In this document: positions 23,886 to 39,409 of the stretch, in pieces
Position numbering within the stretch: position 1 is the stretch's first letter
Layout of the letters: every line of letters starts with the position of its first letter
DNA from: Hormiphora californensis
Taxonomy: Eukaryota; Animalia; Ctenophora
DNA: 64,000 nt
Direction of reading: 5' to 3'
NCBI GenBank assembly: GCA_020137815.1
Contig: CM035356.1
Coordinates: 3,658,001-3,722,000 of the forward strand
The notes under the pieces: generated by a model
Told to the model about the DNA's origin: nothing
What the model saw: only the letters and a program-made list of their open reading frames with translations
Database searches by the model: none
Translations under genes and position numbers: made by a program

Positions 23886-26109
23886 AGAGAGACAAGGAGA
23901 GAGATGTGGAGAGAGAGAGAGAGAGAGAGAGAGACATGGAGAGGTTGGACAATAAGTGGAATTGTTAGTTGAGTAGGATGACAACAACCACGTGCCTGCC
24001 TTGTTCTTGTTCTTCCTGTTAATCCACACACTAGCTGATGAGCTACCTTTCATGTCTTTGTATTAGTTTTGACGAGATTTTGACGAGATTTTGACCAGTT
24101 TTCAATGTAATTTAGTTTTGTTAATCAGGCTCAATTCTAACTAACAATCCACATTCTCAGTTCTCTCCAACTCTCTAATTCCACCTCTCACCCATCTCTC
24201 CCCTCCACCCCAGATGGCAGGAGAGGATCTCCATAATCACCACCACAGCCAGGATAGCGTGGTTGTTATAAGTAACCTGAGGGCCCAGGTGGACCAACTG
24301 ACCAATCAGCTTGGAGAAAAGGATCACGTGATCGATCACCTTCAGGTCCAGCTAGCTACACTGGTAAGCGTTTAATCCTAGCCATACAACCATCATCATG
24401 ATCATTTATTTTACCCTTTTACCCTTTCTCTATATAGTTTTACTCTATCCTCTGGTCTCTACCCTTTCTCTATCACATTGCATATCCTCTATCCCCAGGA
24501 GTCGACCATGACGCAACAGGAGGAGAAAGTGAATGAGAAAGTAAGGTTGATACGTGATCACATAGAGCGGAATATCAAAACATTAGAGGCTAAGAATTCA
24601 AGGCTAAGAAAGAAGTGCGAGGAGGGGGAGGATAAGATTCAGTGTCTGAATAAAGAAGTCAGCAAGTTAAAAGAGGTATTATAGTAACTTATAAAGCCAA
24701 GTGCAAGCCCTCTCTGTTCACTGTTCAGAATTCAATACGGACAGTTCAATATAGTTCAGGTCTTGAAAAGTGGTGTTTTTCTACTTTTCTAATTGCTAAC
24801 AATCGTCTTCGCATTCTTCAGATAAACAGGGCTCAGGCCTTTCAAAGAACCGATTTAGACAGAAGGTTACGGAATTTAGATATTGAAAACTCACGTTTAA
24901 AAAGACAGTGCGAAGACACGGAAAACTCTCGAATCATCCACCTAGAACAAGAAATGGATCGGTTGACTTCTTTCACTGCCAATTTTTGTTTGCAACGGAA
25001 AGGGGGGCTCTCGCTACCCCTCTTGTAATATTTGATACCTTGGTGAGAATCGCATGAAAACTAGTATGAGAGAAAAGTGTGTGTGTGTATTTTGACGTGA
25101 CGGACCTAAACCTGCTTCCGGCTACCTGTTCAATCACAGCTAAATGGATGGAAACACCTTCTCAGCAATCAACCCTCGCAACAAAACAGATAAACGTGTC
25201 GTTTTTATTGTCAGTTACTGTCCCTGTGATTGTTCTAGATTATTTTATAGGTATGTCGCGAGTTAGTAAGCTATTTTCAGTCATCGTCAGTCAGTCAGTC
25301 AGTCAGTCAGTCAGTCAGTCAGTCAGTCAGTCCAGTCAGTCAGTCAGTCAGGTCAGTCAGTCAGTCAGTCAGTCAGTCAGTTAGTCAGTCAGTCAGTCAG
25401 TCAGTCAGTCAGGTCGTCAGTCAGTCTATAACTCAGTCAATCACTCAGTCACGCAGTGTATTATGAATATGATCTCTTCATTCTATTTCTTCTGGATAGT
25501 GTCATTAGGCATTTAGATTTCATCCCCATAGTACTCATTCCTAGTTGCTTCCCAGTTTCACACCCCGGCTTCACCGTTCCTTTTATCAGTTTCTGGGAGG
25601 TGTGTGCTTCTATATATGCTTCCCCTCGCCTCGCCACTATTCTATTGTTTTTATTTCTAGGCTGGACCTCTCCTTCAGTTCCCTCTGCCTCAGTCCCTAC
25701 TTTCATAGCAGGCGCCAGGCATGTTCGGCTTTCTCTCCTTTCGCGCTTCTCGGGGNNNNNNNNNNNNNNNNNNNNNNNNNNNNNNNNNNNNNNNNNNNNN
25801 NNNNNNNNNNNNNNNNNNNNNNNNNNNNNNNNNNNNNNNNNNNNNNNNNNNNNNNATCCACCCTTCCAAATAGCCCCCCCCTGTTTGAACGTTAAAGACC
25901 CCCTTGTTTCCAAGGGGAAAAATTAAAACCCCTAGAACCCCCAAAGGAAACCCCCAAATTAACAAACCCCGGGGGGGGGCAACATTTGGCAAACCCCCCT
26001 TGGGGGTTTTTTGAACACACGGGTTAGTTTTTCAAGCTTTTTTGAGTTTTTGAGTGTTTTCTAGGGAATCCCCCCGAAAGGCCCGAAACTTACACAAAAA
26101 CGGAGATTT

Positions 26110-26156
<47 letters not shown>

Positions 26157-28022
26157 TTTTTTTTTTTTTTTTTTTTTGTTTTTTTTTTTTTTTTTGGGGT
26201 TTTTTGTTTTTTTTTTTTTCCCCTTTGGTTTTTTTTTTTTTTTTTTTTTGGGTTTTTTTTTTGACCCCAATAATCTTATTTTCAAAGTTTACTACGTGAT
26301 TTGATAATCTTCCAATTCAGGGTTCTGATTCGTCAAGTACAGTAAAACCACTGTACAGTTTTTTGGAGGGGGAACGTATATAGGACGGTCATCTTCTCCA
26401 ACACATTTTAAAAAGTAGTAGTCTTTTCGGTCTGTCTGTCTGTCTGTCTGTCTGTCGGGCCTGTTGTCTGTCTGTCTGCCCCTGTCTGTCGTCTGTTTTC
26501 GGGTTTTTGTCGGTCTTCTTTTTTTCCCTTTTCTTTCTGTCTTCGGGTCTTTCTGTCTGTCCGTCTGTCTTTCTGTCTGTTTGTCTGTCTGCCTGTCTAC
26601 TCTCTCCTCACCCCTCAGGATCTGAACAGATCACCACCACTGCCACCCAGACGAACCAGTGCCTCCAGTACCAGCGTGAGAGAACGACTCCGGAGTTCCC
26701 CAGCGGCACCTCCTCCAATACCCCCACACCACAGCTCTCAATCCTCCATGGGGTCCGCTGGGGTCCACCAGCATTCACCCCCGGACCACCACCATCACTC
26801 ACCCCCGAACCACCAGTACTCACCCCTGGGCCAGAGAGAGGAGGGGGATGGAAGTGATTATAACGAGTATGATGAGATTCCTGTTGAACAGATGATGGAA
26901 TCACCTCTGATCGGCTACAATAACAACACAGTAGAACATTACCAAGAAGTACCCCTCCACCTCCCTGCCCGTACAGGGACAGTCCACCCCAACTACCCCA
27001 ACCCAGGAAGGGAGGCTCGCTGGATCGAGGTGGTCCATCTCCCAACCAGATATATAGGGATGTATCACCCCACGTTTCACCCAACCAGGTATAGGATAAA
27101 TGTAAATTATAGGATCTTGATATGTGAGAAGAACAAAACATTTCGTTTTACATTAGAACTTATTATAGGATCTCGAGTTGGGATTTTAATTTGCTGAATT
27201 AAGAAAGATCAGCTGTGTTGATTTTAACATATCCTCCCTCTCTTCTTTAGGGAAGGCAACATGCGGTATGTCCTGGGTTTGCCCCCCAAAGCGTACCTCC
27301 CCCTTTCCCAAAACCCACTAAAGCACACTGGGGAAACCCCTTTTGGAAACTTACTCTCGTTGGGGTTTACTGATTCCCCACCCCCACAAAAAATTTTAAG
27401 AAGGGGAGAGAGATAGAGATAGACAGAGATAGACAGAGCGAACTGTGGAAGAGTTTTATTACTTTACACTGTAAAAGATTTTTAAATTTTTGAAAACTTC
27501 CTACCACAGATCTTTATTTTGAAAAGCCCCCTCATCCTTTTTGTTGTTTGGGTTTCGCCCTCATTTTCACCCCTCACCCCTTTTAACATTTAAAATTTTT
27601 CCCTCCGCCTGGAAGTTTTTCGACTGCCGGAAAAAAAATTTTTTAAAAAAAAAGGGCCTCGGGAAAAAAAAAAAATTTTAAAATTAAAAGGAAAGAAGGA
27701 AAAAAAAAACCCCCAAAATTTTTTTTTGGTGTTAAGTATTTTGGGAAAAAGGCCCCCGTATACGTTCACGATAAAACTAACTGAACCAGCCTCCTTTTTG
27801 GGAAATGGAACCGCAGAACCAAAAAACGGTATTTCTTGTGTGTGAGCTTGGCCGGGGGTTTCGAAATGTGCTTTTTCGTCCTTTTCTTCTTTTCTTTCCT
27901 CTCTCACTCTCTCTTCTCTCCTTTTTTTTCCCCCTCCCCTTTTTTCTTCCCCAATCCTTTTTCCCTTTCCCGTTTCTCTTTCCCCCCTTGCAAACAGTTT
28001 TCCCTTTCTTAAATTTTTCCCC

Positions 28023-28057
<35 letters not shown>

Positions 28058-28683
28058 AAACCAAAACAGAGGGAGAGAGGGGAAAGGTAACGTTTTTTTT
28101 TTTAGAGGAAGAGAAAGAAGGGAAACCCCAAAAGATTGTACTGAAACCCCCCCCCGAGTATGTTAACCCCCCCCTTTTAGGTTCCCCCTGTAACCCCACC
28201 CCTTTTTCAGCATCCCCAAACAGTAGTAGATGGACCTCCCGTGACGGAAGTGGAGACACAGATTGAACGCCTCAAAATACAGGTAACACTAATAAGTAAT
28301 AACATCTTGATCACCTTTTTATTGTGTTTCTATCGTATTGCAAAATTTTTATTAAGACTGGCATTTGGCGTCTTTTTGCTATTTCATATCGTTACACCAT
28401 AATCCACCACCCTACAGAACATGCCCCAAACCACCCTCACAATCCTCAATTCCTAATCATCTTTTTATAATCCCCCTCCTGATTCCCTAATCCCCTTCCT
28501 CTTCCTTAGGGAGCATGCCCAAGCCTATGTGTGCACCCTGTCTCCGGCAGTATCCCAGCCCTTTCACAGCCCTAACCAACCTGACATCACCCTATTTAAC
28601 AAACATGGCCCTGAAGATTCATCAGATAATTCTGGATTATAGCAGTCCGGGAAACAAGGGGGAGAAAATCTCTCTGGGGGGGG

Positions 28684-28759
<76 letters not shown>

Positions 28760-28807
28760 CTATTTTTTCTCTCTCTCTCTCTCTATCTCTATCTCTATCT
28801 CTATATC

Positions 28808-28844
<37 letters not shown>

Positions 28845-29480
28845 ATCTTTCTATCTATCTCTCTCTCTCTCTCTCTCACTCCCTCTCTCTTTCTCTCTGC
28901 TTCGTAATGGTTTCCATTCTTTATTAAACCTAACATCCGACACCCTCAGCAGCAGTCAGACCTATTCACGGTATCTCGAACCCTTGTCTCCCTGCTGTCC
29001 GGCGAGCTAGTCAATGAGGCCTACATGCAGCTCCTTGTGGGACTGAGTGGGATGGAAAAGTGTTGTTATCATCTTATTGCGGTGTTGTTACCCTTCTATC
29101 CACCATCAGGTAACAATGGGAGTCTGAATCTTAGTACCGGTATCGGGCATACTATCGGGTACCAAAACTAAGAATTGGGTTGTTGCATTATACTAGTTCT
29201 GGGTGGAAATTCCCTAATTGTTATTCAAACTCGAATATATTTCCTAACTTAACATTTTCAGGTCGAGTCCTGGTATATTTGAGGATGTGTCTTGAGGCGC
29301 AAAATGCTTCAAGTAAAAGTCGCTTCCCTGCCTACTGTCTTCGAATGCTTCAGAGATCCATAGGTATAGTTCTTTTAATTACAGGGGATATTATAACAGA
29401 GATCGGGAGTTTGGAATTTACTTTGGTCTTTGCCTTCTATTTCTCGAAATACTGATATTTGTAGGCTTGTCTGCTTGTGT

Positions 29481-29543
<63 letters not shown>

Positions 29544-30301
29544 TAGATCTCTATGTATTGTTTGTCTAGGTGGTGTAATTGGTTTATTGTATTGTACAGC
29601 AGCTCCTCTCTAAACTTCCCCCTGTCTGTAAACTCCAATCCAATCACATCTTCCCACTTCCTAATTCTATCTCCTCCACACTTCCTAATCACAGCTATAA
29701 ATTGATTAATTAACTAATATGTCACAGCTATTAATTAATCAACTAATTAATATCACAGCTAGTATAGATCTAGTACATCAGCTGTCCAACTTGGATCAAG
29801 ATGGGCGGTACACGCGGTGTTTATACACAACATAAATAACATGTTTTTAGTGTGTTTATACACTGTCTGTATGTGTTGTATATTAGTCACGCACATGTTT
29901 GTGTGTCTGCTTTTAACAGCATGTCAATAGTAAACCCGTGCTGTCAGTGCGTGTTGCACAATGCACATACCCAATGAGCTGTAGAAAGAGTACATCTATG
30001 TACCATGTCATGTACCTGGGAATAATGGGGGGGGGGGAGAAAGCCCTTTCTACCGAATCGGGCCGAGTAACGTTATAGTCAAGTAGTATGAAAAGTGCAA
30101 TTAATTTGAGGGTTTTTTTGGTTTGTTCCATCAGCTGCTGCACAAAAATAGCTTGTTATATCTCTAACTTGTATCATACCACATGTGTAGTTACAAGCTA
30201 TTAATTTGGTTCACGTGTGTGTTACCATAATATGACAACAACAAGTGTGCTATATTTGTAGTACCTTTCTCCCACTCCTCTCTCTCTCTCCCACACACAC
30301 A

Positions 30302-30361
<60 letters not shown>

Positions 30362-31097
30362 CTCCCCTCTTCCTCTCTCTCTCTCCCTCTCTCTTTTACC
30401 AAAACCACCCTCAGAGTGTGGACCACGAAAGTTCAGGCCGTGTAGACAGGAAACTGAGGCAACCAGTGGGTCTCCCTACCAACACGCTAAACCCATGAGT
30501 ATCCCAATTCACCTGCCAGGCGGAGAGTATCATGTCACAGGTAATAACCGGGGGAACATTGTATAGGTAGCTGGTACTAAGTTCCATCATAATGTCAGGG
30601 CTGGGAGGGGGTGGTTGTAAATTGTGAAATAGGGCATGGTTGGGAGGGGCTGTAAAATAGGGCATGGAGGGGGCTGTAACAGATCACATATAATAATGTG
30701 TATTGATGGATGATCGATGATGCATGTTATGACGACATGTGTTATTATATATTCGTGCTACTGCCCCGTGTGTGAAATGCTTGTTTTGGATCCGGCCCCA
30801 TGTAGTGTAGTTCTCACATTTCTCTCTCTTTCTCTCTCTCTCCTTGTCTACTACAACAATCTCACTCTCACTCTCTCCTTGTCTACTACAACTATCTCTC
30901 TCCCTGTCTACTACAACAATCACTCTCTCATCCTCTCCACTAGATAACTCTACTATCTGCTTGCGTTTTCTCTCTCTAACAAGCAAACACGGTTACACGT
31001 CAATTATTCAATTAGAGCACACTCAATACGAGACACACGTGTGAGTGATTGGTGCTCCTTGTAATGACCAGCGAGTACAGCAAGATTTGGGAGGGAT

Positions 31098-31148
<51 letters not shown>

Positions 31149-32866
31149 GTCGAGATCTGTTTACAATAATTAACCAGGGTGCATTATACGACAATGAATT
31201 TTAATTATACGACAATCAAATATCAATTCTCTCTCTCCCTGATATCACTTTCTCTCCCACAGGTTTCGATCCATCTAGCAGTGTGGTAGAAGTGATCAGT
31301 GATTTGGAATTGAGCCTGGGAATCCGACCTGCCAGGTGAGTCAGGGACAAAGGGGAGAAGAGAGGGTGGTAGGGCAGAGGGGAGAAGAGGGGGTGTTGTG
31401 GTAAATAGCAAGGATAGAGACTCGGGGTGGGGCATGATTGCCGATTGGTAATTTGCAACAGTGATGGATGAGGGTGCTAGATTTGGCAGTAGATAATCGA
31501 TAATATAGAGCGCCATAGGGTCTACATGCATCATCTATAGATCTGTAGATAAATCATGATCTGTATAATACTCGGTAGTGGGAAGGACAGATCTGTCATG
31601 AGTCACTACTGCACGAGGGATCCCTAATAATAGCGATATCTGAAGGGAACTCAAGTCCAGTAATGAGTCATACCAATTATACTAGTGATCTGTTGTCTAT
31701 ATCGGGTATTGACTGTAGAGGGTACCTGTCTGTACGAGGGAAGAGGGGGTAGAGAGATAGATAGAGAGAGATAGAGAGGAAGAAAGAGAGAAAGAAAGAG
31801 AGAGAGAGATAGATAGATAGAGAGAGGGAGAGAAAGATAGAATCTAGCTATATTACATCACTGTAAAAAGTGACACCTCTAGTTGTGTATGTAGACAACC
31901 CCAACTACTCAGATGTCTAATGGCCTGACTTCATCACAAATCTACCGATTTCTTTATCCTCCAAACAACGCCCTAGATATCCAAGACAGCTCTGTCTGGC
32001 AGCTCAGATCGGGTCGGCAGACAAGGACAGCTGCTTTCATTCTACCCCCTTTATTACCCCATATGAGATACATTTCACTCTCTTTATAAGCAGGTGTGGC
32101 CACCAGAGTACCATTAATCTAATACACGCATACATCACCTGCAGTACCACACATCCCCTTCCACAGTATACGTGCAGTACCACACATCCCCTTCCACAGT
32201 ACACGTGCAGTACCACACATCCCCTTCCACAGTATGTATCTCCACACACTTTCCGGGGTTTATAAAGTAGTGTTTCCATGGGGGGACAACAGTTCATACT
32301 GTAAATCATAGGACGTAGGTATCTGGACGTGTGTGTTCAGTTTGAACAAGGGATCTATATCGTTACAATCACGTTCTCCACTCTCCAGACTCGACTTTTC
32401 AATCTCCGACGAGCATGACTTTTCTCGAATATACATCTTGCACCTGTCTTTTTTAGGAATTTCGACAAATCAGTATTTTCCAAAATGGCCTCTTTTCCTC
32501 ACCTTCTCCAGACAGCCTTTGGTGAGGCCGCGACACTTCTCACTACTGCGCTACAAGCTTGCTCATGAATGAAGTCTCCGAAAGCATATTTATCAGAATG
32601 GCTCAGAACCAGATGAGAATTTCATTAATCAGACTTCATGGGCACGTGTACTATACCTTTCGGCATACTGTTTGATCTAGCGACACATGGTAATACTCAA
32701 TATGTAATTTCCCTCTTTCTTTCTTTCTCTCTTTAGATTTCTCAAACTTTCTCTATCTTCCTCTATCTCTCTTCTACTCAACTCCCATTCTAAGACCCTA
32801 TTCACGGCGACACGTGTTCTTGTACTCATGTGTTGCAGAAAGGGGGGCATATCATCATCTCCTCCA

Positions 32867-32938
<72 letters not shown>

Positions 32939-32974
32939 CCTCTCTCTCTGTCTCTCTCTCTCTCTCTGTCTCTC

Positions 32975-33021
<47 letters not shown>

Positions 33022-33170
33022 ATATCTCTCTCTCTACTCACGTGCCTGTCTGTCTGGAAACCAGCCCCTAACAGATGAGGCATGGTTTAAAGTTCGGTGA
33101 AGGATTACCAATTGAACATCTCACTGCAGAACTGTGCAGACAATGGAGCGATTGTGAATATATTACTATA

Positions 33171-33256
<86 letters not shown>

Positions 33257-34375
33257 TTGATCAATAGTGGATACATTAACTGATACCGCATGATATTTCA
33301 AAGATAAAAGAAGCTGAAATGTGGTCATAGAACCATCTTGAAATATGCACCATGTGTCCAAGGAGAATGAGAAGATAGAAGAACGGAGATTAGAAGGGAG
33401 GTTAGAACTTAGAACTCAGAAATGTATCTCATTCAAGTTCTGAGAGTAGAGATAAACTTAGAACTCGAGAGTAGAGAAATAAAGATATTATGTGGGGTGG
33501 TTACAAAAAAGATAGAGGTAGAGATGACAGATAAGATAGAGTAGCTCATAAATTACCGATAGTAATTGAACACCAACAGCTGCCTAGTACGGGGTGGCAC
33601 TAAATCTCCGCTGTCAAAAAAGAGAGATATTCCCTAGACGTTCTGGCGCCATGTCGACACCTGGTTTACTGCCGCACGTGACGGAGATGAAATACTATGA
33701 AGGAGGGAGACAAAGGGGGGAAGTTCAATATCGCGACAAATTTGTGAGACCTTACAAAAATTTTGAGGCTTTTTTCATGGCATCAAATTATCTTTTCACA
33801 TTGGAAGGGTGGGAAAGGTGGAAATGAAAGAGGGATTGTATCCTAACCTAACGACTAGAAACGATAACCCTCCACTCTCAAAGTGGTTAACCCCCTCCCA
33901 CCCCATATATTGTCCACCCTCTTTTATAACCACCCCCTTTTTCAGAGAGAGTGGTTACACACTGTTAATGGAGGATCCAGTAAACAGGACTGTTCGGGTT
34001 CCAATAGCTCACTCTGCTAAACTGTGTGACGTCATCGCCAAGTGGGAAACTAACCTCACCCCTGCCGCTGCAACGGTAAGTAAAAACATTTTAATAACAG
34101 ATATACTAATGTTTTAGTAACATCTATTTAACATATTTTGACACACTAATAAAATTAATGTCTCAATAAACAAAGATTCCAATTTTACATGTTCCACCCC
34201 TTTTTCTTTCACCTAGTTTTGTGTTTGTTGGGGTAGAGCTATTTCCTCAGTTACCCAGTTACCACACCTTTAGTCTGCTTCTCTCTCTATGTTGTGACAG
34301 TTGGAAATTGGGTTGTGTAATGTGTGGTTGGGTGACAAGTCGTTTGCATGTACACGTTTAGCAAGGTGGGCTGTA

Positions 34376-34413
<38 letters not shown>

Positions 34414-34856
34414 GTCGTTAGCTCATTAGTTTCAAACCCCCATAAAATGGAAATGAGGGAAGTTGTGAGGGAGACACGGTAGGAAAGGGGAGGGGAGGAG
34501 CGGTGGATGAAAAGGGAGGGAAGGTAAAAGATAATGGCTCGTTTGCTCGGTACACTTTTGAAGATCCGGCAATAACATTCCCTATTTTGCCATTTATATG
34601 TGGCCCAGCCCTTCAAATACTACAATTCATAACTTTACCCCAAAACCTAACCCCCACCGTTTCAGATACCCCAAGTAATAGGACTGCACTATGAGAAGTT
34701 CCTTCACCTCCCCGCTGGACCCAGTACCAAACTAAACCCTGTTGAGAAGAAGTTCTGTGCCCTGCAACTCCACACAGCTGCAATGGAGGGTGTTCACGGG
34801 ATGGAGGTGGAGCTTGCTACTTGTCTGGGGGCCATGATAGCACAGGTATGGGGGTG

Positions 34857-34926
<70 letters not shown>

Positions 34927-35048
34927 TACGGACAGCACCAGTGTTAATGCCTTCACAATTATTCGAAATGTGTCTGTCAGTACGTTCAACCAGGTTCCCC
35001 CGGAAGTGTCTAGTGCAGCAGCACTGTCCAATACTAGTGTGTCTGCAT

Positions 35049-35093
<45 letters not shown>

Positions 35094-36195
35094 TCTCTCT
35101 CTCTTCTTCGATTTAGGCTTGACACACGTCGTCTTCCTGGTCTTGTCAGTCCGTGGTAGGTGCACATAATATGTGTGGAGAGAGAAAGAGAGTGAGAGAG
35201 AGAGGATGATAGAAAGATAAAAAGATAGAAAGTAGACAGAATTTGTCTGTATGTCTTTCCGAAATCCGAGTAAACTGTTTTACAACACTGTAATTACAGC
35301 TTATATTCAAGAAGATCTACAATTCTAAGAGAGCTAAGTACCGCTCTATATCTGTTTCAATTGAGGATGTTTTGCTAAAACTTCCTTTCTAAATGGTTTA
35401 AATGAGGTAGAATCTTGAGAGCAAACTTGATACAGACGGTCCTAGGTAAACATATTATCCTGTATTTGAATCCTGGAGTTAACCCCCCCCCCCCCCCCGA
35501 CCCCCGTAATGGTACTGAATAGTGAGAAGTGTGCACCAGAGAGAGTATGTAGTGTGTAGATCTAGATAGGGTGTATTAAATGCTAGGGTGTGTGCAGCAG
35601 TGCAGTTAGTAGAGCGGTTAGCTATGTAAACACACACGCCCACCACTATACTGCACCTTTACACACAACCACTACACTCGATACGCATCACAGCAGCTAC
35701 TGCAGTACTCGATACCGGATACGCATCGCAGCAGTTATTGCCTGTTCATCAGCCACATCTCACATTGGGCCCGCTGTGTGGGTATGTTTTGCTGCCCCTA
35801 GCCTCCCACCCACACACACAAATCTACACACGTGAGCAGTGAGTGTGCTGCAGTGAGTAGTAAACCAGGATATGCAGGCTCCATATTATACAGGGTACAT
35901 TATTATGTGCTGTATGCACAAATAATATAAACTCCTCTTTTATAGGCTTTATGCGGTAGGATATTTAGTGGGGCTGGGCCGCTTGGTGTATAATATCGAG
36001 TATTCTTTATCATGAGCGGGGTGGGGGCGTGTGCAGTGCCACCCAACACCTCAATATGGAGAGGGGACTAAAGGGAGGGGGGGGGCACCACCCACCTCCA
36101 CCCTCCCACAATCTTGTTAACATCACGGGAGTCGGGAGAGAGGGTAATGCGGATGAAATTTAACCCACCGACTGTAATTAATATGAAGCAGAGTG

Positions 36196-36287
<92 letters not shown>

Positions 36288-37037
36288 CATCTCTATCGCT
36301 GAACTGGGTCAGATGGCTGGTCCAGTTTTAACAGCTCGTAACTATGGTACCGCAACCGTTTATGCGGCGTCTTAAAGCTCTCATATCATCATGACGGTGG
36401 TATGCGGTCGGAGAGAGAGAGAGAGAGATGCAGAGAAAAAGAGAGAAGGAGGGAGGGACGGAGGGTTGAGAGTGAGGGAAAAAGAGAGAGACATACAGGG
36501 AGCTAGAGAAAGAGAGAGAAAGAGAGAAAGACCGCCCCCTCTGCAGCTCCCACGACCATCCCCGCCAGTGGGTCGGGGAAGGCGGAGGGAGATAGATTGG
36601 TGCCCACACAGACAGACAAATATTTGATAACAACACTACATTCACACTTCCACTGCCTCTAGCTGTTACTTGATTCCTCCCCCTCTACCTACACCCCAGT
36701 CACCACTCAATATTGCTCTACCCTACCTCTACATATATATGCAGTATATCGTCAGTTCCCCCGTCATTTTCTTTACTATCTTCCACTTGGTTTAATACCC
36801 AAATATCCCGTCCAATATATCGATTATCCCTAACCCTCAATCACTCCCACTAGGCAACCAAAGGAAACTGCCCCTACCGGGATGTGGGGAGTAACGGAGC
36901 GAGGGTCTCAATGGCTCAGTACATACCGTGCAACGTTCGTTCTCGTTTTAAAGATGACTCATCTTCCAGGTGATTATACCCCTTAGAGCAGGATGTCATG
37001 AGATAGAGAGGGAGAGAGAGAGAGAGAAAGAAAGAGA

Positions 37038-37114
<77 letters not shown>

Positions 37115-37674
37115 TGTGTGTGTGTGTTGGACATAAGAGATTGTTCCTTATTCAAAGAGGACCAAATATTACACGTGTGCTCCCCTTAATTCTCTCTCCC
37201 ACCCATGATATAATAACCCTGATAATCATCTCACTGAAATTCACCCTCTCTCAACCCCCTCCCCCGAACAGTGAACACTCCTTTAAACCCACTTTTTTAT
37301 TGCAGTAAACTAGCAGCAGAGTTTGTCGAGATATGGCAAAAGTTACGAGATGTTCCTAGTGCAACCCTCTACCACAAATATTGCACCACCCTTGATAGGT
37401 CAGTACAGATATAACACACAGGGCGCAGTTTTAGTACAGTTTAGTACAGTTTTAGTACAGTTTTAGTAGTATTATTATAGGGGAGATGGGGGCCGTGCAG
37501 GGGGATAGTATGGGCAGGTGGGGGATTAGTAAGATGGGGGATAGTGACTAAACTTGACTTAATTAAAGTAATGTGTAGGGACATTGGAATGAATTAAATT
37601 TTTCCGTCTTTACTCCGTCACATTCCTTTAACTTTTTATTAAGCTCTCTCTCCCCCTCTCTCTCTCTCTCTTTC

Positions 37675-37751
<77 letters not shown>

Positions 37752-38688
37752 CCCCCGCCTAGCATTTGTCAACCTGAACTACACACACAAAACAGTCCAG
37801 CCGCAATATAGCCACATTTCCACCTTTATTCTTAAAAGTTGGTAATGGGAGTCAAGTGAGAACAAAGTATAGAGCTAGTTTGCTAGTAGTGATACTTTTC
37901 GGGGGGGGGGGGGGTTGATGGTTGTTCTAGATCGGGTTGGTTGTTCTAGATCGTTCCCGAAACCGGATGAATTAGTGAATTAGATTATCGCTCGCTTAAG
38001 TCCTACTGCAGTGACATTATAATCAATCTTTACACCTCAGTTTTCTTTGGTGATGCCATCCCCTTCGCAGGCTTCGTTTGCTGCGCTTCACGCGGCTGCA
38101 GTGGAGGGGTGACTGCATCACCATTCACCAACTGTTTCCTACTTTCCTCCTATTCAAACACAAATTCTCCCTAGATGGAAGTACAACAAAAGTACGCTGT
38201 TTCGGGGGTTATACAGCAGCCCCAAGGATGGGCTGAAAACACCTGTGTGTGTCAATGTGACAGAGAAAAGGTAACCACACAAGCAGAGAAACGACGGGGC
38301 GAGGGCACCGGGGGGTCCCGGCGGCGCACGCGCCCGCCCCCGGCGAGCGCGCGGGCCGCGCGCGCTCCGGGCGAGGGAAAGGGGGCGGGGGCCCCCTTTT
38401 TCCCCTCTTATATACTAAAAACCTTCTCGTTTATCATAATTCTCTCTTCTTCTTCTTTCCTTATTCTGGTAACTGATAACGTAATAAAATATTACCACTA
38501 TTCGGTCAAGTGATAGCTCCCACAAAAACCTTATAAATGGCCACATACCCCCCCTTTCGGTAAAAATATATTCAGTATATTCAAAGTATCATACATGTCG
38601 AAATTTCGTCACTCTGATATAATTCTTTCACGCCCTCTCTTCCCCGAAGCTTTGGCCACCACCATCGGTGCTTTTATCTCTTTCTCTA

Positions 38689-38764
<76 letters not shown>

Positions 38765-39240
38765 CACCAACTAACAAATTGTTCCAGGCTATAATGGAAG
38801 TGGTTGAGTATGACAAAGTTTCTTCCTTCGGTGGTTCACCATTCTCCCTAACCCTCAAGATAGCCAACAAGACTTTCAGTATTATGCTGGTGGACAAGCA
38901 CAAGGTAAAGTAGGAGAAGGGGGTGATAACTTCTACAAAAATCCAACTTTAGTAGAGAGTTATCATAGTAATTTTCTTGTTCTAACCCTATTTACGAATA
39001 TTGTAAAGGGTAACATAACAATATTGAATCTTTATGCTCTGACAGCTCTACGGAGGTGACAGTCATTTGTGAGACGAGTAGGGAGGGGTTTATATTGCTA
39101 CTCCATGTACTAATAAAGGCACTACTACTGCCAATATCTTCTCTCTATTTGAACCCCCTTTGTTTCAGAGTTACCTACTGATAGAGCTACTGGCAGCGTA
39201 CTGTCGCCGAACTACAACAATCTCAAGAGATACCCCTTAG
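21730..39240 (+). CDS. PLEKHH/MAX-1-like coiled-coil + MyTH4 + FERM protein, multi-exon (24214-24363, 24499-24675, 24822-24961, 26619-27088, 28950-29109, 29262-29363, 30415-30540, 31263-31335, 33946-34075, 34666-34845, 36854-36969, 37306-37398, 38175-38270, 38788-38904, 39169-39240; first exon at 21730 tentative)
   Basis: Spliced peptides [89 protein letters not shown] and VSSFGG match the PLEKHH MyTH4-FERM region. Phases are consistent from 28950 to 38270. One short exon is missing between 38270 and 38788, and 25700-28760 is unresolved. Confidence 0.85.
25287..25425. repeat. (CAGT)n microsatellite, representative of many: (GA)n at 2740, 4773, 7281, 32871, 37033, 43784, 49988, 52495, 54582, 57590; (CA)n 21430; (GT)n 29490; (CAGA)n 34858; (GTTT)n 54034
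   Basis: Directly visible. Confidence 0.95.
25756..25855. other. Assembly gap (100 N) with low-quality homopolymer-rich sequence downstream
   Basis: N run, with long T/A/C/G homopolymers at 25856-26270, 27280-28200 and 28675-28760. Confidence 0.95.
32140..32235. repeat. 33-bp minisatellite x~3 (other short arrays at 21918-22005, 44230-44340, 45363-45432, 46560-46700)
   Basis: GCAGTACCACACATCCCCTTCCACAGTA(T/C)ACGT repeated head to tail with no spacers. Confidence 0.9.
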
Positions 39241-39409
39241 ATGGAATTAAAAGAAGGAGGAGGAGGAGAGAAAGGGCGATATTGTGATGAAAGGGACATG
39301 ATTAAAGATGAGGGACAGAGAGAGTGGTGGTTGTGTTTTTGATTGATTTTATTGTGTTCTATAAATTTCGTTTGAGAAGCCGCTGTTATATGATGGGTCT
39401 TTTTGTTGT

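Noticed and set aside
26054-26299. Poly-F / poly-K ORFs here and at 27590-28266 and the poly-F part of 28515-28907
   Set aside because: Homopolymer-rich low-quality sequence next to the assembly gap.
38290-38400. GC-rich island inside the PLEKHH gene (similar at 63905-64000)
   Set aside because: An abrupt composition change where an exon or ORF continuation is expected; most likely base-calling noise.
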